A stretch of DNA of 64,000 nt from Lucifera butyrica (GTDB lineage: Bacteria; Bacillota; Negativicutes; Sporomusales; UPPP01). The stretch covers positions 8,651-72,650 of the forward strand of contig NZ_UPPP01000062.1 in the NCBI RefSeq assembly GCF_900476375.1, read 5' to 3'. The notes below the pieces were generated by a model. That model was given only the letters and a program-made list of their open reading frames with translations. It made no database searches and was not told where the DNA came from. Below are positions 43,437 to 53,382 of the stretch, piece by piece. Position 1 is the stretch's first letter; each line of letters opens with the position of its first letter. A program made the translations under genes and the position numbers.

Positions 43437-43775
43437 TTAAATTTCCTGGAGTGATTCATCAACCATTTGATAAACTTTCATCAGCAGTAAACCAAATTGG
43501 TCACTGGCTTTCAGAAACTGCTGCATATCCGGATTCCGGAATAAAGAAGAGAATTTTTGGTTTAATGCGGTCAATTTGTCTTCAAATTCCTGCATGGTCT
43601 GACAGCTTGACTGTAAATCGGCCTGTCTTTTTTGATAGGTTTCCAGTTCTTGTTTTAATTTGCCGTTTTGGTCGATGATTTCCTTGGCATGCTTTAAATC
43701 TATAAATTCCTGGGTATTTTTTATGGCTGTCACAAATTGCCGGATACTTTCCTGATTGATCATGCTAACCTCCAT
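43437..43775 (-). CDS. YlbF/YmcA-family (UPF0342-like) small regulatory protein
   Basis: 112-aa helical protein whose pattern resembles YmcA/YlbF. Weak call. Confidence 0.4.
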   Translation of the reverse strand: MEVSMINQESIRQFVTAIKNTQEFIDLKHAKEIIDQNGKLKQELETYQKRQADLQSSCQTMQEFEDKLTALNQKFSSLFRNPDMQQFLKASDQFGLLLMKVYQMVDESLQEI

Positions 43776-43975
43776 TTCGCCGCTATCGCGACTGACATAA
43801 ATAGTAATCTTCTTGATAATATATTCGCGTAAGCGAGCGGCGGTTACCGGGGCGAAAAACTAAATGCTTTGCCGGAAGGAGACTATTGTTGCTTATGACA
43901 GCAGGATTCTGGAAACAGGATACGAATAAAATTATATAGAAGAACAGGTTGCGGCAGCCGGACAGGAAGGAAAGC

Positions 43976-44494
43976 ATGGGAACGGAGATTCGGAACAATC
44001 TGAACTATTTACGGTATGCGGTATTCCATAAATGGTATGTGTTTTTAGAGGCATGGAAGCTGGGGATCGTCTGGCGGGGGCTGCTGCATGACTGGAGTAA
44101 GTTTTCCTGGCAGGAATGGAGGCCCCGGGTTGCGGCATTAGCCCGGCGTCAGCGGCAAGATATTTATACACCGGAGTTTTTTGCCCCCGGTAATGTGGAG
44201 GATGAATTGGCTTTAAGCTGGCTGCGGCACTATCACCGGAATCCGCATCATTGGCAATGGTGGATTGTTGTGCTGGATGGCGGTCAACAGAAGGTGCTGC
44301 CGATGACGGATGAATACCGCCGGGAAATGCTGGCCGATTGGCGGGCCGTATCGCGAATGCCGGACCGAATGGCAATGGTGCCCTGGTATTTGCTGAATAG
44401 GGAAAAGATAATTTTGCATCCGGAAACCCGGCAGTGGGTTGAAAAACAGTTGGGATTATCAGAAACGGGAGGAGATTGCCATGACGGCATATAA
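43976..44494 (+). CDS. hypothetical protein (aromatic/His-rich, no recognised domain), first gene of the que operon
   Basis: ORF with a Trp/His-rich block ([12 protein letters not shown]). Its 3' end overlaps queC by 14 nt, so it is co-transcribed. Confidence 0.5.
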   Translation: MGTEIRNNLNYLRYAVFHKWYVFLEAWKLGIVWRGLLHDWSKFSWQEWRPRVAALARRQRQDIYTPEFFAPGNVEDELALSWLRHYHRNPHHWQWWIVVLDGGQQKVLPMTDEYRREMLADWRAVSRMPDRMAMVPWYLLNREKIILHPETRQWVEKQLGLSETGGDCHDGI

Positions 44495-45140
44495 AGATCA
44501 GGGCGCGCTGGTAGTATTTAGCGGTGGGCAAGACAGTACGACCTGTTTATTTTGGGCAAGGAAGCAATTCAACCGGGTGGAAGCCGTGACGTTTGATTAT
44601 AATCAGCGGCACCGGCGTGAAATTGATTGTGCCCGGGAGATTGCCCGGGAACTTTCCCTGGAGCATACCATACTCGATTTAGGGTTGTTGAACCAATTGG
44701 CGCCCAATGCGTTAACCCGCAGCGAAATTACCGTTAAGGCCGGTGAGAGCGGACAGCTTCCCAATACGTTTGTGGATGGGCGCAATTTACTGTTTCTTTC
44801 TTTTACCGCCGTGGTGGCGAAGCAGCGAAACATCCGCCATATTGTGACCGGCGTGTGTGAAACGGATTTCAGCGGCTACCCGGATTGCCGGGATGTATTT
44901 ATCAAATCGTTGAATGTTACGTTGAACCTGGCCATGGACTACCAGTTTGTCATTCATACCCCTTTAATGTGGATTAATAAAATGGAAACCTGGGCGATGG
45001 CCGACGAATTGGGAGTGCTGGATTTTGTCCGGCAAAAGACATTGACCTGTTATAACGGGATTATCGGTGACGGCTGCGGTGAGTGTCCGGCCTGCAAACT
45101 GAGAAATGCCGGATTGAAGGAGTATCTATGCCGGAAGTAA
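44481..45140 (+). CDS. queC: 7-cyano-7-deazaguanine synthase
   Basis: [14 protein letters not shown]-loop and C-terminal zinc ligands CYNG...CGECPAC. ATG behind GGGAGGAG. Confidence 0.9.
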   Translation: MTAYKDQGALVVFSGGQDSTTCLFWARKQFNRVEAVTFDYNQRHRREIDCAREIARELSLEHTILDLGLLNQLAPNALTRSEITVKAGESGQLPNTFVDGRNLLFLSFTAVVAKQRNIRHIVTGVCETDFSGYPDCRDVFIKSLNVTLNLAMDYQFVIHTPLMWINKMETWAMADELGVLDFVRQKTLTCYNGIIGDGCGECPACKLRNAGLKEYLCRK

Positions 45141-45721
45141 AATATCCTGTTGTTCAGATTTTTACCAGCATTCAGGGGGAAGGCCTGCATATGGGACTGC
45201 CCGTCACCTTTATTCGTCTGGCCGGCTGCAACCTAAGGTGCACCTGGTGCGATACGCCTCAGGCATTTGACAGCAGTCAGGCCAGGTGGCAGACGGCAGA
45301 GGAGATTGTGGCGCAGGCGATTCCCACCCGGCTGGTTGTTATTACCGGCGGTGAACCGACCTTACACGATTTGGGCAGCCTGGTCGAAGCGCTAAAAAAG
45401 CGGCATAAATATGTCGCCATTGAAACCAATGGAACCAATGAGATTCCCGCGGCCTGGGGAATTGACTGGATCACCGCCTCTCCCAAACCGGCAAGCGGCT
45501 ATATTTTACGCTGTGTGCCCAATGAACTGAAATATGTGGTCGATGATGCATTCAACCTGGAGGTCATTGCCTGGCAAGCCGTTCCGAAAGGAAATATTCT
45601 GCTGCAGGTGGAAAGCGGCCGGCCGGAATCGGCGGCGAAAGCATACCGTCTCGTCCTGGAGCGGCCGGATTGGGAGTTGCGTCTGGGGATTCAACTGCAC
45701 AAAGTGATTGCTGTGGAATGA
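45128..45721 (+). CDS. queE: 7-carboxy-7-deazaguanine synthase (radical SAM)
   Basis: FTSIQGEG...[14 protein letters not shown] cluster motif. Confidence 0.9.
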   Translation: MPEVKYPVVQIFTSIQGEGLHMGLPVTFIRLAGCNLRCTWCDTPQAFDSSQARWQTAEEIVAQAIPTRLVVITGGEPTLHDLGSLVEALKKRHKYVAIETNGTNEIPAAWGIDWITASPKPASGYILRCVPNELKYVVDDAFNLEVIAWQAVPKGNILLQVESGRPESAAKAYRLVLERPDWELRLGIQLHKVIAVE

Positions 45722-45846
45722 CAAGAAGGACTGATTTCTTATTGCTGTTGGCCGGAATGCTGTATTTGCTAACGCTAACCGGGAAAATTAGATTATTTTG
45801 TTTGCCATTTTTGCCAAAAATGTAATAAATATTTATTTTACCCTCT

Positions 45847-45874
45847 AGACAAAAACAGTATGTGTGCTATAATA
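45847..45874 (+). promoter_or_regulatory. candidate glnA promoter (TAGACA-16-TATAAT)
   Basis: tagacaaaaacagtatgtgtgctataat. Confidence 0.35.
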
Positions 45875-45904
45875 AATCCATACTAAATATTTCAAGTCGG
45901 CAAT

Positions 45905-45955
45905 GACGCTGGCATATTGCAGATTTTGTCTGCATTATGCGGCGTCTTTTTATTT
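45905..45955 (+). terminator. hairpin plus U-tract in the glnA leader (candidate attenuator or terminator of the que operon)
   Basis: GACGCtggcatatTGCAGAttttgTCTGCAttatGCGGCGTC followed by TTTTTATTTT, about 25 nt before the glnA RBS. Confidence 0.5.
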
Positions 45956-45979
45956 TATCTTAACTTTAGGAGGTAGAAA

Positions 45980-47410
45980 ATGAGTATGACACCTAAAGAT
46001 GTAGTGGCGATGGCAAAAGAAAAGGGAGCTAAGCTGGTTGATTACAAATTTATCGATCTTCCTGGTATTTGGCAGCACAAAACGGTTCCGATCAGTGAAT
46101 TTGACGAAAGTGTGTTTGCTGAGGGGCATGGTTTTGACGGATCCAGTATCCGGGGCTTTCAGGGCATTGAAGAAAGTGATATGCTTCTAATTCCTGATCC
46201 GAATACGGCAATTGTTGACCCATTTATGAAAGAACCTACGTTAAGTCTAATTTGTAATGTTGTTTCTCCTGACATGGAAAACTATAGCCGGGATGCGCGC
46301 TATGTGGCACAAAAAGCGGAAGCTTACCTTAATGCTACAGGAATTGCGGATGCCAGTTATTGGGGACCGGAAGCCGAATTTTTCATTTTTGATGATGTTC
46401 GTTATGATTTGAGTCAAAATGCTGCTTATTATTCGGTAGATTCTGAAGAAGCAATTTGGAATACCGGCAAGAATGAAGGCCCCAATCTTGGTTATAAAAT
46501 TCGTAATAAAGAAGGATATCTGCCGGTTCCTCCCGCCGATGCAACCCATGATATCCGTTCCGAGATGACTTTGGTGCTGGAAAGCCTGGGAATTCCTGTT
46601 GAAGCGCATCATCATGAGGTAGCTACCGGCGGCCAGGGCGAAATTGGCATGCGCTTTGATACCTTGACCAATATGGCCGATAAAACGATGACTTTCAAGT
46701 ATGTAGTAAAAAATGTTGCCAGAAGGTATGGTAAGCTGGCAACTTTTATGCCGAAACCACTTTTTGGTGATAACGGCAGCGGTATGCACGTACATCAAAG
46801 CCTGTGGCTGGGCGGTCAGCCGTTGTTCTTTGATGAGAAAAATTATGCTCAACTCAGTCAAACGGCCTTGTACTACATAGGCGGTTTGCTAAAACATGCT
46901 TCGGCTTTGCTGGCTCTTACCAGTCCGACTACGAATTCATACAAACGACTGGTACCGGGGTATGAAGCACCGGTAAATATCGCGTTTTCAGCTCGTAACC
47001 GGAGTGCTGCTGTCCGGATTCCGATGTATTCCAAGAATCCCAAAACAAAACGGATCGAATTCCGTCCCCCCGATGCTTCTTCTAACCCGTATTTGGCATT
47101 AGCCGCCATGTTGATGGCCGGGATCGATGGGATTAAGAACAAAATTGACCCGGTTGCGGAAGGCTTCGGACCGATGCAGGTCAACATTTATGAACTGCCG
47201 CCGGAAGAAAAGGCTAAAGTCAAGAGCGTACCCGGTTCTTTGGAAGGAGCCTTAAAGGCGTTGGAAGAGGATCATGCTTTCTTATTGGAAGGCGGGGTAT
47301 TTACCAAGGATCTTCTGGAGACCTGGATCAGCTATAAATATGCTAATGAAGTGGATTCAGTCCGGCTGCGTCCGCATCCAATGGAATTCAAGCTGTATTT
47401 CGATATCTAA
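45980..47410 (+). CDS. glnA: glutamine synthetase type I
   Basis: [32 protein letters not shown] and [12 protein letters not shown] motifs. No adenylylation-site context. Confidence 0.95.
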   Translation: MSMTPKDVVAMAKEKGAKLVDYKFIDLPGIWQHKTVPISEFDESVFAEGHGFDGSSIRGFQGIEESDMLLIPDPNTAIVDPFMKEPTLSLICNVVSPDMENYSRDARYVAQKAEAYLNATGIADASYWGPEAEFFIFDDVRYDLSQNAAYYSVDSEEAIWNTGKNEGPNLGYKIRNKEGYLPVPPADATHDIRSEMTLVLESLGIPVEAHHHEVATGGQGEIGMRFDTLTNMADKTMTFKYVVKNVARRYGKLATFMPKPLFGDNGSGMHVHQSLWLGGQPLFFDEKNYAQLSQTALYYIGGLLKHASALLALTSPTTNSYKRLVPGYEAPVNIAFSARNRSAAVRIPMYSKNPKTKRIEFRPPDASSNPYLALAAMLMAGIDGIKNKIDPVAEGFGPMQVNIYELPPEEKAKVKSVPGSLEGALKALEEDHAFLLEGGVFTKDLLETWISYKYANEVDSVRLRPHPMEFKLYFDI

Positions 47411-47562
47411 TCCGCTGGTTTTACCGCGGACGCCGGGAAATCCGGCGTCTGTGTTTTCCACGCTAAATTTTCCTCAGGGATAATTAAATGCATCTCTTTG
47501 GCAGGATAATTTTAGTATATGTGGAATAGACTATGAATTAAATAATTTTATGAGGTGAGAGA

Positions 47563-49473
47563 ATGCTTAAAGATTTGCTGTACGTGATTCCCACAGGAAA
47601 ATATAGCAAACAAGAACTGGTTGATTTATTGAGAAAGCATCCCGAAATTAAATTCGTCTCTTTGGTGGGAATTGACCTCGCCGGTAATGATACGGACGAA
47701 AAAGTTCCTATATCATTGTTTCTGAAAGACGTTGATGATTTCTTTAGTGGCAGCGCGGTGCAGACCGACGGCTCATCCGTTGTGTTAACCGGTGTTGCCA
47801 CATTAAATAATGCCAAAGTCGATATGCTGGCCGACCCTGGTGTGAATTGGTTTGTTGATTACAATTTCGAGCATATTGATGAAGAAACCAAAAAACCGAT
47901 TGGTACCTTGCGTATTCCGGCTTTCCTTGTCCATAACGGCGTACGGGTTGACTCCCGGTCGATCATGGCGCAATCGCTGGAATATATTAAAGGGGAACTG
48001 CTTAATTTATTCAAAAAGCATCCTCAGGTAGCCGGTTTGGAGCACATCGGCGCCGATGAAGTGGAAGATATTATTTTTACTTCAGCGACGGAACTGGAAT
48101 TTTGGGTGAAGACCCCGGCGGAAAAAGCCCGGGTGGAAGAACTGTCGGCAACCCAGGTAATGCAGGAAAACTATTGGGCCCGTACTCGCGGTGAGGCACG
48201 CACGGCCATGGAACAAGCCGTCATGATGCTGGAGCAGTATGGTTTGCATCCGGAAATGGGCCACAAAGAGGTCGGCGGGGTAAAAGCCAGGATCAGCGAG
48301 TCCGGTGGACTGACCCATGTAATGGAACAGATGGAAATTGACTGGCGTTTTGCCAGCGGGGTACAGACGGCGGACAATGAATTACAGGCCCGGATCCTTG
48401 TTAAGGAAGTGTTCCGCGCCAATGGACTGGAAGTAACCTTTCAGGCCAAGCCGATCATTGGTGTTGCCGGCAATGGGGAACATACCCATGTTGGCATGGC
48501 TGCCAAATTGAAATCGGGTAAAATTGTGAACCTGTTTGCGCCGAAAGATATGAAAGCCGATTTCCTGAGTGCGGTCGGTTATGGCTCTATTATGGGGCTG
48601 CTCAAGCACTATGAAGTGGTAAATCCCTTTATTTCTTCCACGAATGATTCTTTGAACCGTTTAAAACCCGGTTTCGAAGCGCCGGTATGCATCGTTACTT
48701 CTCTGGGCCACAATCCGGAAGTTCCTTCCCGTAACCGGACCATCCTGGCAGGACTTGTCCGTGATATTAATAACCCGCTGGCAACCCGCTTTGAAGTTCG
48801 CTCGCCGAATCCGTTCACGAACACCTATATTGCCTTGACGACAATTTATCTTTCCATGCTTGACGGCATTAAAGCGGCTGTTGCTTCCGGCAAGACGACG
48901 AAGGAACTGGAGAAGGAATTGTCGAAAGAGCCGGGTGTTCCCAGTTTCTATCTCGAAACCGACCGGGCCTACCGCAGTGAACATGATGTGTTTGAAGACT
49001 ACACCGCGGAAGAACGGAACCGTATGTTCAGCAAACCGCCTGCTACAGTGTGGGAAAATATGCAGGGGCTGGCCAAATATCCGCAGAAAGTGGAAGCGAT
49101 CAAAGCCGGCAATGTTTTCTCGCAGGAACTGATTGATGCCTTTGTTGCCGGAGCCTTGTTGCGCTGGAAGATAGAACTGTTGAATCGTATTATTCCCGAA
49201 AATGCGGATATCGTAAAAGCTTGTTCCTGTCTGCATACCCCGGAAGCCGGCAGTGACCTGGACGAAAAAAATTGGCAGGCTATTATGAATCTCCGGGTTT
49301 ACCTGGCGAAAGATTCTACGGCGAAGAAGAGCCTGTTCACCCGGATCGGGGAAGCGGTTAACAGTGGCGATTATAATACTGCTTCCGCTTTGCAAGTGGA
49401 AATGAGTGATAAGCTTGAAGAATTAAAAAGTGCTTATGTGCAATATAAAAGAAACATGATTCATGGTTGTTAA
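47563..49473 (+). CDS. glutamine synthetase family protein, type III-like (636 aa)
   Basis: N-terminal beta-grasp with QTDGSS. Catalytic domain motifs NGEHTHVGMA, NRLKPGFEAPV, SLGHNPEVPSRNRTI parallel the GS active-site blocks. Long C-terminal extension. Confidence 0.6.
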   Translation: MLKDLLYVIPTGKYSKQELVDLLRKHPEIKFVSLVGIDLAGNDTDEKVPISLFLKDVDDFFSGSAVQTDGSSVVLTGVATLNNAKVDMLADPGVNWFVDYNFEHIDEETKKPIGTLRIPAFLVHNGVRVDSRSIMAQSLEYIKGELLNLFKKHPQVAGLEHIGADEVEDIIFTSATELEFWVKTPAEKARVEELSATQVMQENYWARTRGEARTAMEQAVMMLEQYGLHPEMGHKEVGGVKARISESGGLTHVMEQMEIDWRFASGVQTADNELQARILVKEVFRANGLEVTFQAKPIIGVAGNGEHTHVGMAAKLKSGKIVNLFAPKDMKADFLSAVGYGSIMGLLKHYEVVNPFISSTNDSLNRLKPGFEAPVCIVTSLGHNPEVPSRNRTILAGLVRDINNPLATRFEVRSPNPFTNTYIALTTIYLSMLDGIKAAVASGKTTKELEKELSKEPGVPSFYLETDRAYRSEHDVFEDYTAEERNRMFSKPPATVWENMQGLAKYPQKVEAIKAGNVFSQELIDAFVAGALLRWKIELLNRIIPENADIVKACSCLHTPEAGSDLDEKNWQAIMNLRVYLAKDSTAKKSLFTRIGEAVNSGDYNTASALQVEMSDKLEELKSAYVQYKRNMIHGC

Positions 49474-49548
49474 CAGGCCGACTCCCTCAGCTACGTTGAG
49501 GGAGTTTTGACTAAATGGTGAAGAATAGCTCATATGAGGTGCGTTGAT

Positions 49549-49983
49549 ATGGATTCCATTGACTTGCGGATTTTAGATATTTTGCAGGCTGACGGACGCA
49601 TTACCATGAAAGAATTGGGACAGCGGGTAGGATTAACCAGTCCGGCCACCATTGAACGGGTGAAAAAACTGGAAGAAAACGGCGTGATTAGCGGCTATAA
49701 AGCGGTAATTAATATACAAAAGGCCGGTCTTGCCGTGCGGGCGTTTGTTATGCTAATGCTAACCAGTATAAATAAATCCGAATTCCGGGAATATATCCGT
49801 TCCCAGGAAAATGTACTGGAATGCCACCGGATTACAGGCGAAATGGGATATCTTATTGATTTAGCAACAGCGGATCTGGCTGGTATGGAGAAAATTATCG
49901 ACGAAATGTCGCAGTTTGGTCAGGTACGTCCGTTCATTGTCTTATCTTCGCCAATAGAGCACAAGCCGGTGTTGCTGCCTTGA
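49549..49983 (+). CDS. Lrp/AsnC family transcriptional regulator
   Basis: IDLRILDILQADGRITMKELGQRVGLTSPATIERVKKLEENGVI HTH plus RAM domain. Confidence 0.85.
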   Translation: MDSIDLRILDILQADGRITMKELGQRVGLTSPATIERVKKLEENGVISGYKAVINIQKAGLAVRAFVMLMLTSINKSEFREYIRSQENVLECHRITGEMGYLIDLATADLAGMEKIIDEMSQFGQVRPFIVLSSPIEHKPVLLP

Positions 49984-50048
49984 AACATTCTGCCGCTCAA
50001 TGGACTTGTCAGAACTGCAGTTGTATAGTATAACTAATGCTCTAAAGG

Positions 50049-50123
50049 TGCGGAAGTAGCTCAGCGGTAGACCCTCGCCTTGCCAAGGCGAGGGTCGCGA
50101 GTTCGAATCTTGCTGTCCGCTCC
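50049..50123 (+). tRNA. tRNA-Gly (GCC), divergent copy with one mismatch each in the D-stem and acceptor stem
   Basis: Same anticodon arm and T-loop as the other Gly tRNAs, but D-stem GCTC/GACC and acceptor pair A6-G67 are mismatched. Confidence 0.6.
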
Positions 50124-50267
50124 AATGTGTAACAAATAAAACCCGGTGCATTGCGCACCGGGTTTTATTTGTGTAAAAAGCAGGAAGGATGGGCGATGCC
50201 AAAAAAGGTTTTCTCTTTTTGGCGGCGAATAAAATATAAAATTATTATTTGTTGGGAGGGAAAGTTA

Positions 50268-50780
50268 ATGGAAAAATTGTTTAGCGATTTGGAAGGCTTG
50301 CGAGTCGCCCTGGAAATCGAAGTCCGCGGTAAGGAGTTTTACCGGCAGGCTTATCAGAAGTCTAAAAATGAGGCGCAGACGAGTTTATTTCTTGCTTTAA
50401 TGAACGAGGAGGTTGCTCACTACGAAGCGTTTTCCCGAATTTATGACATTCTAAAACAAAACAGAGATGCCGCGGCGGATGAGTATTTGTTCGATCCGGA
50501 AGTTTCCCGTTATTTGACTGCCCTCACCGAAGCGTATATTTTTCCCCCGCCGGAAAAAGCAGCCGCTGCCATAGATGAATTAAGCGGTATAACGGCTGTT
50601 TTAAATTTAGCTATGCAGGCGGAAAAAGATTCGATCTTACTTTATGATGAATTAGCACGAAATGCCAAATTTGAGGCTGCAAAAAAAGTTTTTAGTCTGT
50701 TAAAAGTAGAAGAACAAAAACATGTAATAAAAATAAGAGAAATGATGAATGCCTGGTTATATGAATCCTCTGCCACGTAG
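50268..50780 (+). CDS. rubrerythrin-like ferritin-fold (diiron) protein
   Basis: EIEVRGKEFY...EEVAHYEAF...EKDSILLYDELARNA, the paired E..H helices of the ferritin-like diiron fold. Start trimmed to the ATG behind GGGAGGGAAAG. Confidence 0.55.
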   Translation: MEKLFSDLEGLRVALEIEVRGKEFYRQAYQKSKNEAQTSLFLALMNEEVAHYEAFSRIYDILKQNRDAAADEYLFDPEVSRYLTALTEAYIFPPPEKAAAAIDELSGITAVLNLAMQAEKDSILLYDELARNAKFEAAKKVFSLLKVEEQKHVIKIREMMNAWLYESSAT

Positions 50781-50940
50781 TTTTCATCTTACAAGATGCT
50801 TTTCACCGGCAAGGGGCAGATAATATTCTCCGGAAAGACCCGCTATCAGCAATATTTAATGGTTGCAGGTATTGAAAATGTTGAGAAAATTTGTACAATA
50901 TTAATTAATAGGACTAGTATATATGATAGGGGGAAGATTT

Positions 50941-51072
50941 ATGGCCAAGTCGATAGGTAAGCGGGCTTATCACAAACAGGATATGAAAAAGTTGAACCGG
51001 ACGGCTTTAACAATTGGTGGAATTACGGCTGCCATATTGCTGCTTCTCATGGTCGTTTCTTTTTTGCGATAA
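50941..51072 (+). CDS. small membrane protein (43 aa; not in the ORF track because under 60 aa)
   Basis: ATG behind GGGGGAAG RBS. C-terminal TM helix (LTIGGITAAILLLLMVVSFL). Own promoter (TTGAAA-16-TgTACAAT at about 50870-50900) and terminators downstream. Confidence 0.4.
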   Translation: MAKSIGKRAYHKQDMKKLNRTALTIGGITAAILLLLMVVSFLR

Positions 51073-51130
51073 GCGCCTGGTTTAATGTAGTATCTACATC
51101 TTTTTAAAACAGGACCGATGAAAATAATTT

Positions 51131-51153
51131 GCGCCCGGCAGGGCGCTTTTTTT
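51131..51153 (+). terminator. rho-independent terminator
   Basis: GCGCCCggcaGGGCGC followed by TTTTTTT. Confidence 0.8.
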
Positions 51154-51160
51154 GTGGGAT

Positions 51161-51266
51161 CAGAAAGTATAACTTTTCGGGTTATTTTTATAATAAAACA
51201 TTCTTCTTAAGAAAGCCGAAAAGTAAAATACTTTCTTTCCATTTAAAGACCCATTGGGTCTTTCTT
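51161..51266 (+). repeat. copy B (long form) of the repeated structured element, in the 5' UTR of the small sulfite reductase gene
   Basis: Same 5' and 3' blocks as 41530-41595 with a 43-nt insertion that extends the first stem (GAAAGUAUAACUUUUCGG...CCGAAAAGUAAAAUACUUUC). Second hairpin AAAGACCcauugGGUCUUU. Confidence 0.6.
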
Positions 51267-51358
51267 AGGTTCGAAAAGATATCTAAAATATCAAGAGGAA
51301 TTTTGGCTTTCTTTGTCTAAAAATAATATTATTCTTAGCTAATATGGAGGAATTATAA

Positions 51359-52030
51359 ATGGAGATGAAAACAGATTTATTGGAAAAAGGAGCTGTCTTA
51401 CAACGGGACAAAGAAACGTATGCGATTGCCCCCCACATTCCCGGCGGCATTATTACAGATCCGAATACATTGCGCAGATTGGCCGATGTTGCCGAAAAAT
51501 TCGGCGCTCAAGCCATTAAAGTGACATCGGCACAACGAATCGCTTTGGTGGGCATTACGCCGGATAAGATCGATGCTGCCTGGGAGGAACTGGGAATGGA
51601 TAAAGGGGCGGCGATTGGCCTCTGTGTGCGCAGTATCAAGATTTGTCCGGCTACTCATTTTTGTAAACGGGCGCAACAGGACGCCGTTAGCTTGGGCTTG
51701 GCCCTGGATGAGCGATATCATGGAATGAAATTGCCCTCGAAATTCAAAATGGGTGTAAGTGGCTGTATGAACTCCTGTGCCGAACCGGCGGTCAAAGATC
51801 TGGGCATTGTGGGTACTCCCAAGGGTTTCAATGTCTTGATTGGCGGGAATGCCGGGATTAAGCCCCGGCTGGCTAATCTTTTGGCCGAGCACGTGATGCC
51901 GGAACAAGTGCTGCCTCTAGTGGAGAAAATTATCACGTATTATAGGGCAAATGCCCGTAACTATGAACGAATGGGGATGATGCTCGACCGGCTGGGCTTT
52001 GAAAAAGTAAAACAGGATTTACTTGGCTAG
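51359..52030 (+). CDS. small monomeric sulfite reductase-like protein (nitrite/sulfite reductase ferredoxin half-domain plus siroheme/4Fe-4S domain; alSiR-type)
   Basis: 223 aa. Cys ligands in CPATHFC ... SGCMNSC, matching the NiR/SiR cluster-binding arrangement. Size matches the 23-kDa assimilatory-type small sulfite reductases. Confidence 0.65.
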   Translation: MEMKTDLLEKGAVLQRDKETYAIAPHIPGGIITDPNTLRRLADVAEKFGAQAIKVTSAQRIALVGITPDKIDAAWEELGMDKGAAIGLCVRSIKICPATHFCKRAQQDAVSLGLALDERYHGMKLPSKFKMGVSGCMNSCAEPAVKDLGIVGTPKGFNVLIGGNAGIKPRLANLLAEHVMPEQVLPLVEKIITYYRANARNYERMGMMLDRLGFEKVKQDLLG

Positions 52031-52149
52031 CCGTCCGGGGATGCAGCATGTTTTTAGTCCTGCCCGATAAAATACAAAGGTACATATGGAAATATTGGCA
52101 GTTTCAGGGTATACTGTCAATAAGGAAATGTTCGGCAGGAGGCGATAGG

Positions 52150-53373
52150 ATGGAGGACAAATGGGTCATCGAGCTCATCGAGCAGCTTGCCCAATTTAAA
52201 GAAGGTGAAATCGGGATAAGCCGCCTGGCTTTCAGCCAGGCCGACCGGCAGGCCCGGGAACATATTCAAGGACGGATGAAGGACGCCGGACTGGATGTGC
52301 GTATTGATGCCGCGGGTAATATTATTGGCCGTTTGGCGGGAAAAGATCCAGAGGCCCCTGCAGTCGCAACCGGCTCTCATTTGGATACGGTTCCCCATGG
52401 CGGAAAATACGATGGTGTAGTAGGAATCGCCGGCGGATTGCTGGCGATTCAGCGCTTGCAAGCCCGGGGGCCATTGACCCATCCGGTTGAGCTCGTTGTT
52501 TTTATTGCGGAAGAAGCCAGCCGGTTTGGTTATTCGAATCTGGGAAGTAAGGCGATGAACGGTACAGCCAATATACATGCCTGGAGTCGGGCCCAGGATC
52601 ATAGCGGTATTACTCTGAAACAGGCTTTTTTAAAACAGGGTCTTGACTTAAGCGCCGTGACCGCAGCCGCCCGGAAAAAGGAAGAGCTCAAGGGATTTGT
52701 TGAATTGCATATTGAACAGAGCCGCATATTGGAAAAGACGGGAAGTAAAATTGGAATCGTGGAATGGGTTGCGGCTTCGACCCGGTTAAAGATTACTGTA
52801 GAGGGCACTGCCGCGCATTCGGGAGCGACACCGATGGATGAACGTCAGGACGCGCTGGTCAGTGCGTCGATGATTGTTCTGGCAATCCAGGAAATATCCT
52901 TGGAACAGTCGACCTATGGGACTGTGGGCACAGTGGGCGCGCAAATAGTGCATCCCGGTGTTATGAATGCTGTTCCCGGCATGGTGGAAATGTGGGTGGA
53001 TATTCGCGGCGTAGATCATGACAGCATCATTCAAACCCTGCAGGATATTAAAGATGCAATCAGCACCATTGCCGAAGAACAGCACACTCCCGTGGCTATG
53101 GAAGTGTTATCCTCGGAAAAGCCGGTGTTGATGGATGAGCATATGGTGGAAACGATCGAAAATGTGTGCCGCAGCCGGGGGGTTTCATACCGGCTCATGA
53201 ATAGCGGTGCAGGGCATGATGCTATGTATATGGCCCATTTGACGCCTACCGGTATGATTTTAATTCCCTGCAAAAACGGGCTTAGCCATCATCCGGAAGA
53301 ATCCGTGGCAACAGAAGACATTATGACCGGCATTGACGTTTTGACGGAAATGTTGTATCGGCTGGCAAAGTAG
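52150..53373 (+). CDS. M20-family amidohydrolase (allantoate amidohydrolase / N-carbamoyl-L-amino-acid hydrolase type)
   Basis: Metal ligands GSHLDTV ... AEEASRFG ... HS..GH-type blocks. Start trimmed to the ATG behind GCAGGAGG. Confidence 0.7.
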   Translation: MEDKWVIELIEQLAQFKEGEIGISRLAFSQADRQAREHIQGRMKDAGLDVRIDAAGNIIGRLAGKDPEAPAVATGSHLDTVPHGGKYDGVVGIAGGLLAIQRLQARGPLTHPVELVVFIAEEASRFGYSNLGSKAMNGTANIHAWSRAQDHSGITLKQAFLKQGLDLSAVTAAARKKEELKGFVELHIEQSRILEKTGSKIGIVEWVAASTRLKITVEGTAAHSGATPMDERQDALVSASMIVLAIQEISLEQSTYGTVGTVGAQIVHPGVMNAVPGMVEMWVDIRGVDHDSIIQTLQDIKDAISTIAEEQHTPVAMEVLSSEKPVLMDEHMVETIENVCRSRGVSYRLMNSGAGHDAMYMAHLTPTGMILIPCKNGLSHHPEESVATEDIMTGIDVLTEMLYRLAK

Positions 53374-53382
53374 GTGGTATCC

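Noticed and set aside
43833-43866. preQ1-I riboswitch call upstream of the que operon
   Set aside because: Only the A-rich tail AAAAACUAA is present. I could not fold the required 5-bp P1 stem and loop, so it is kept only as a note in a finding rather than as a feature.
50151-50267. 39-codon N-terminal extension of the rubrerythrin-like ORF
   Set aside because: Extension is Lys/Arg/Trp-rich junk reading through a poly-T region. A clean RBS and ATG follow at 50268.
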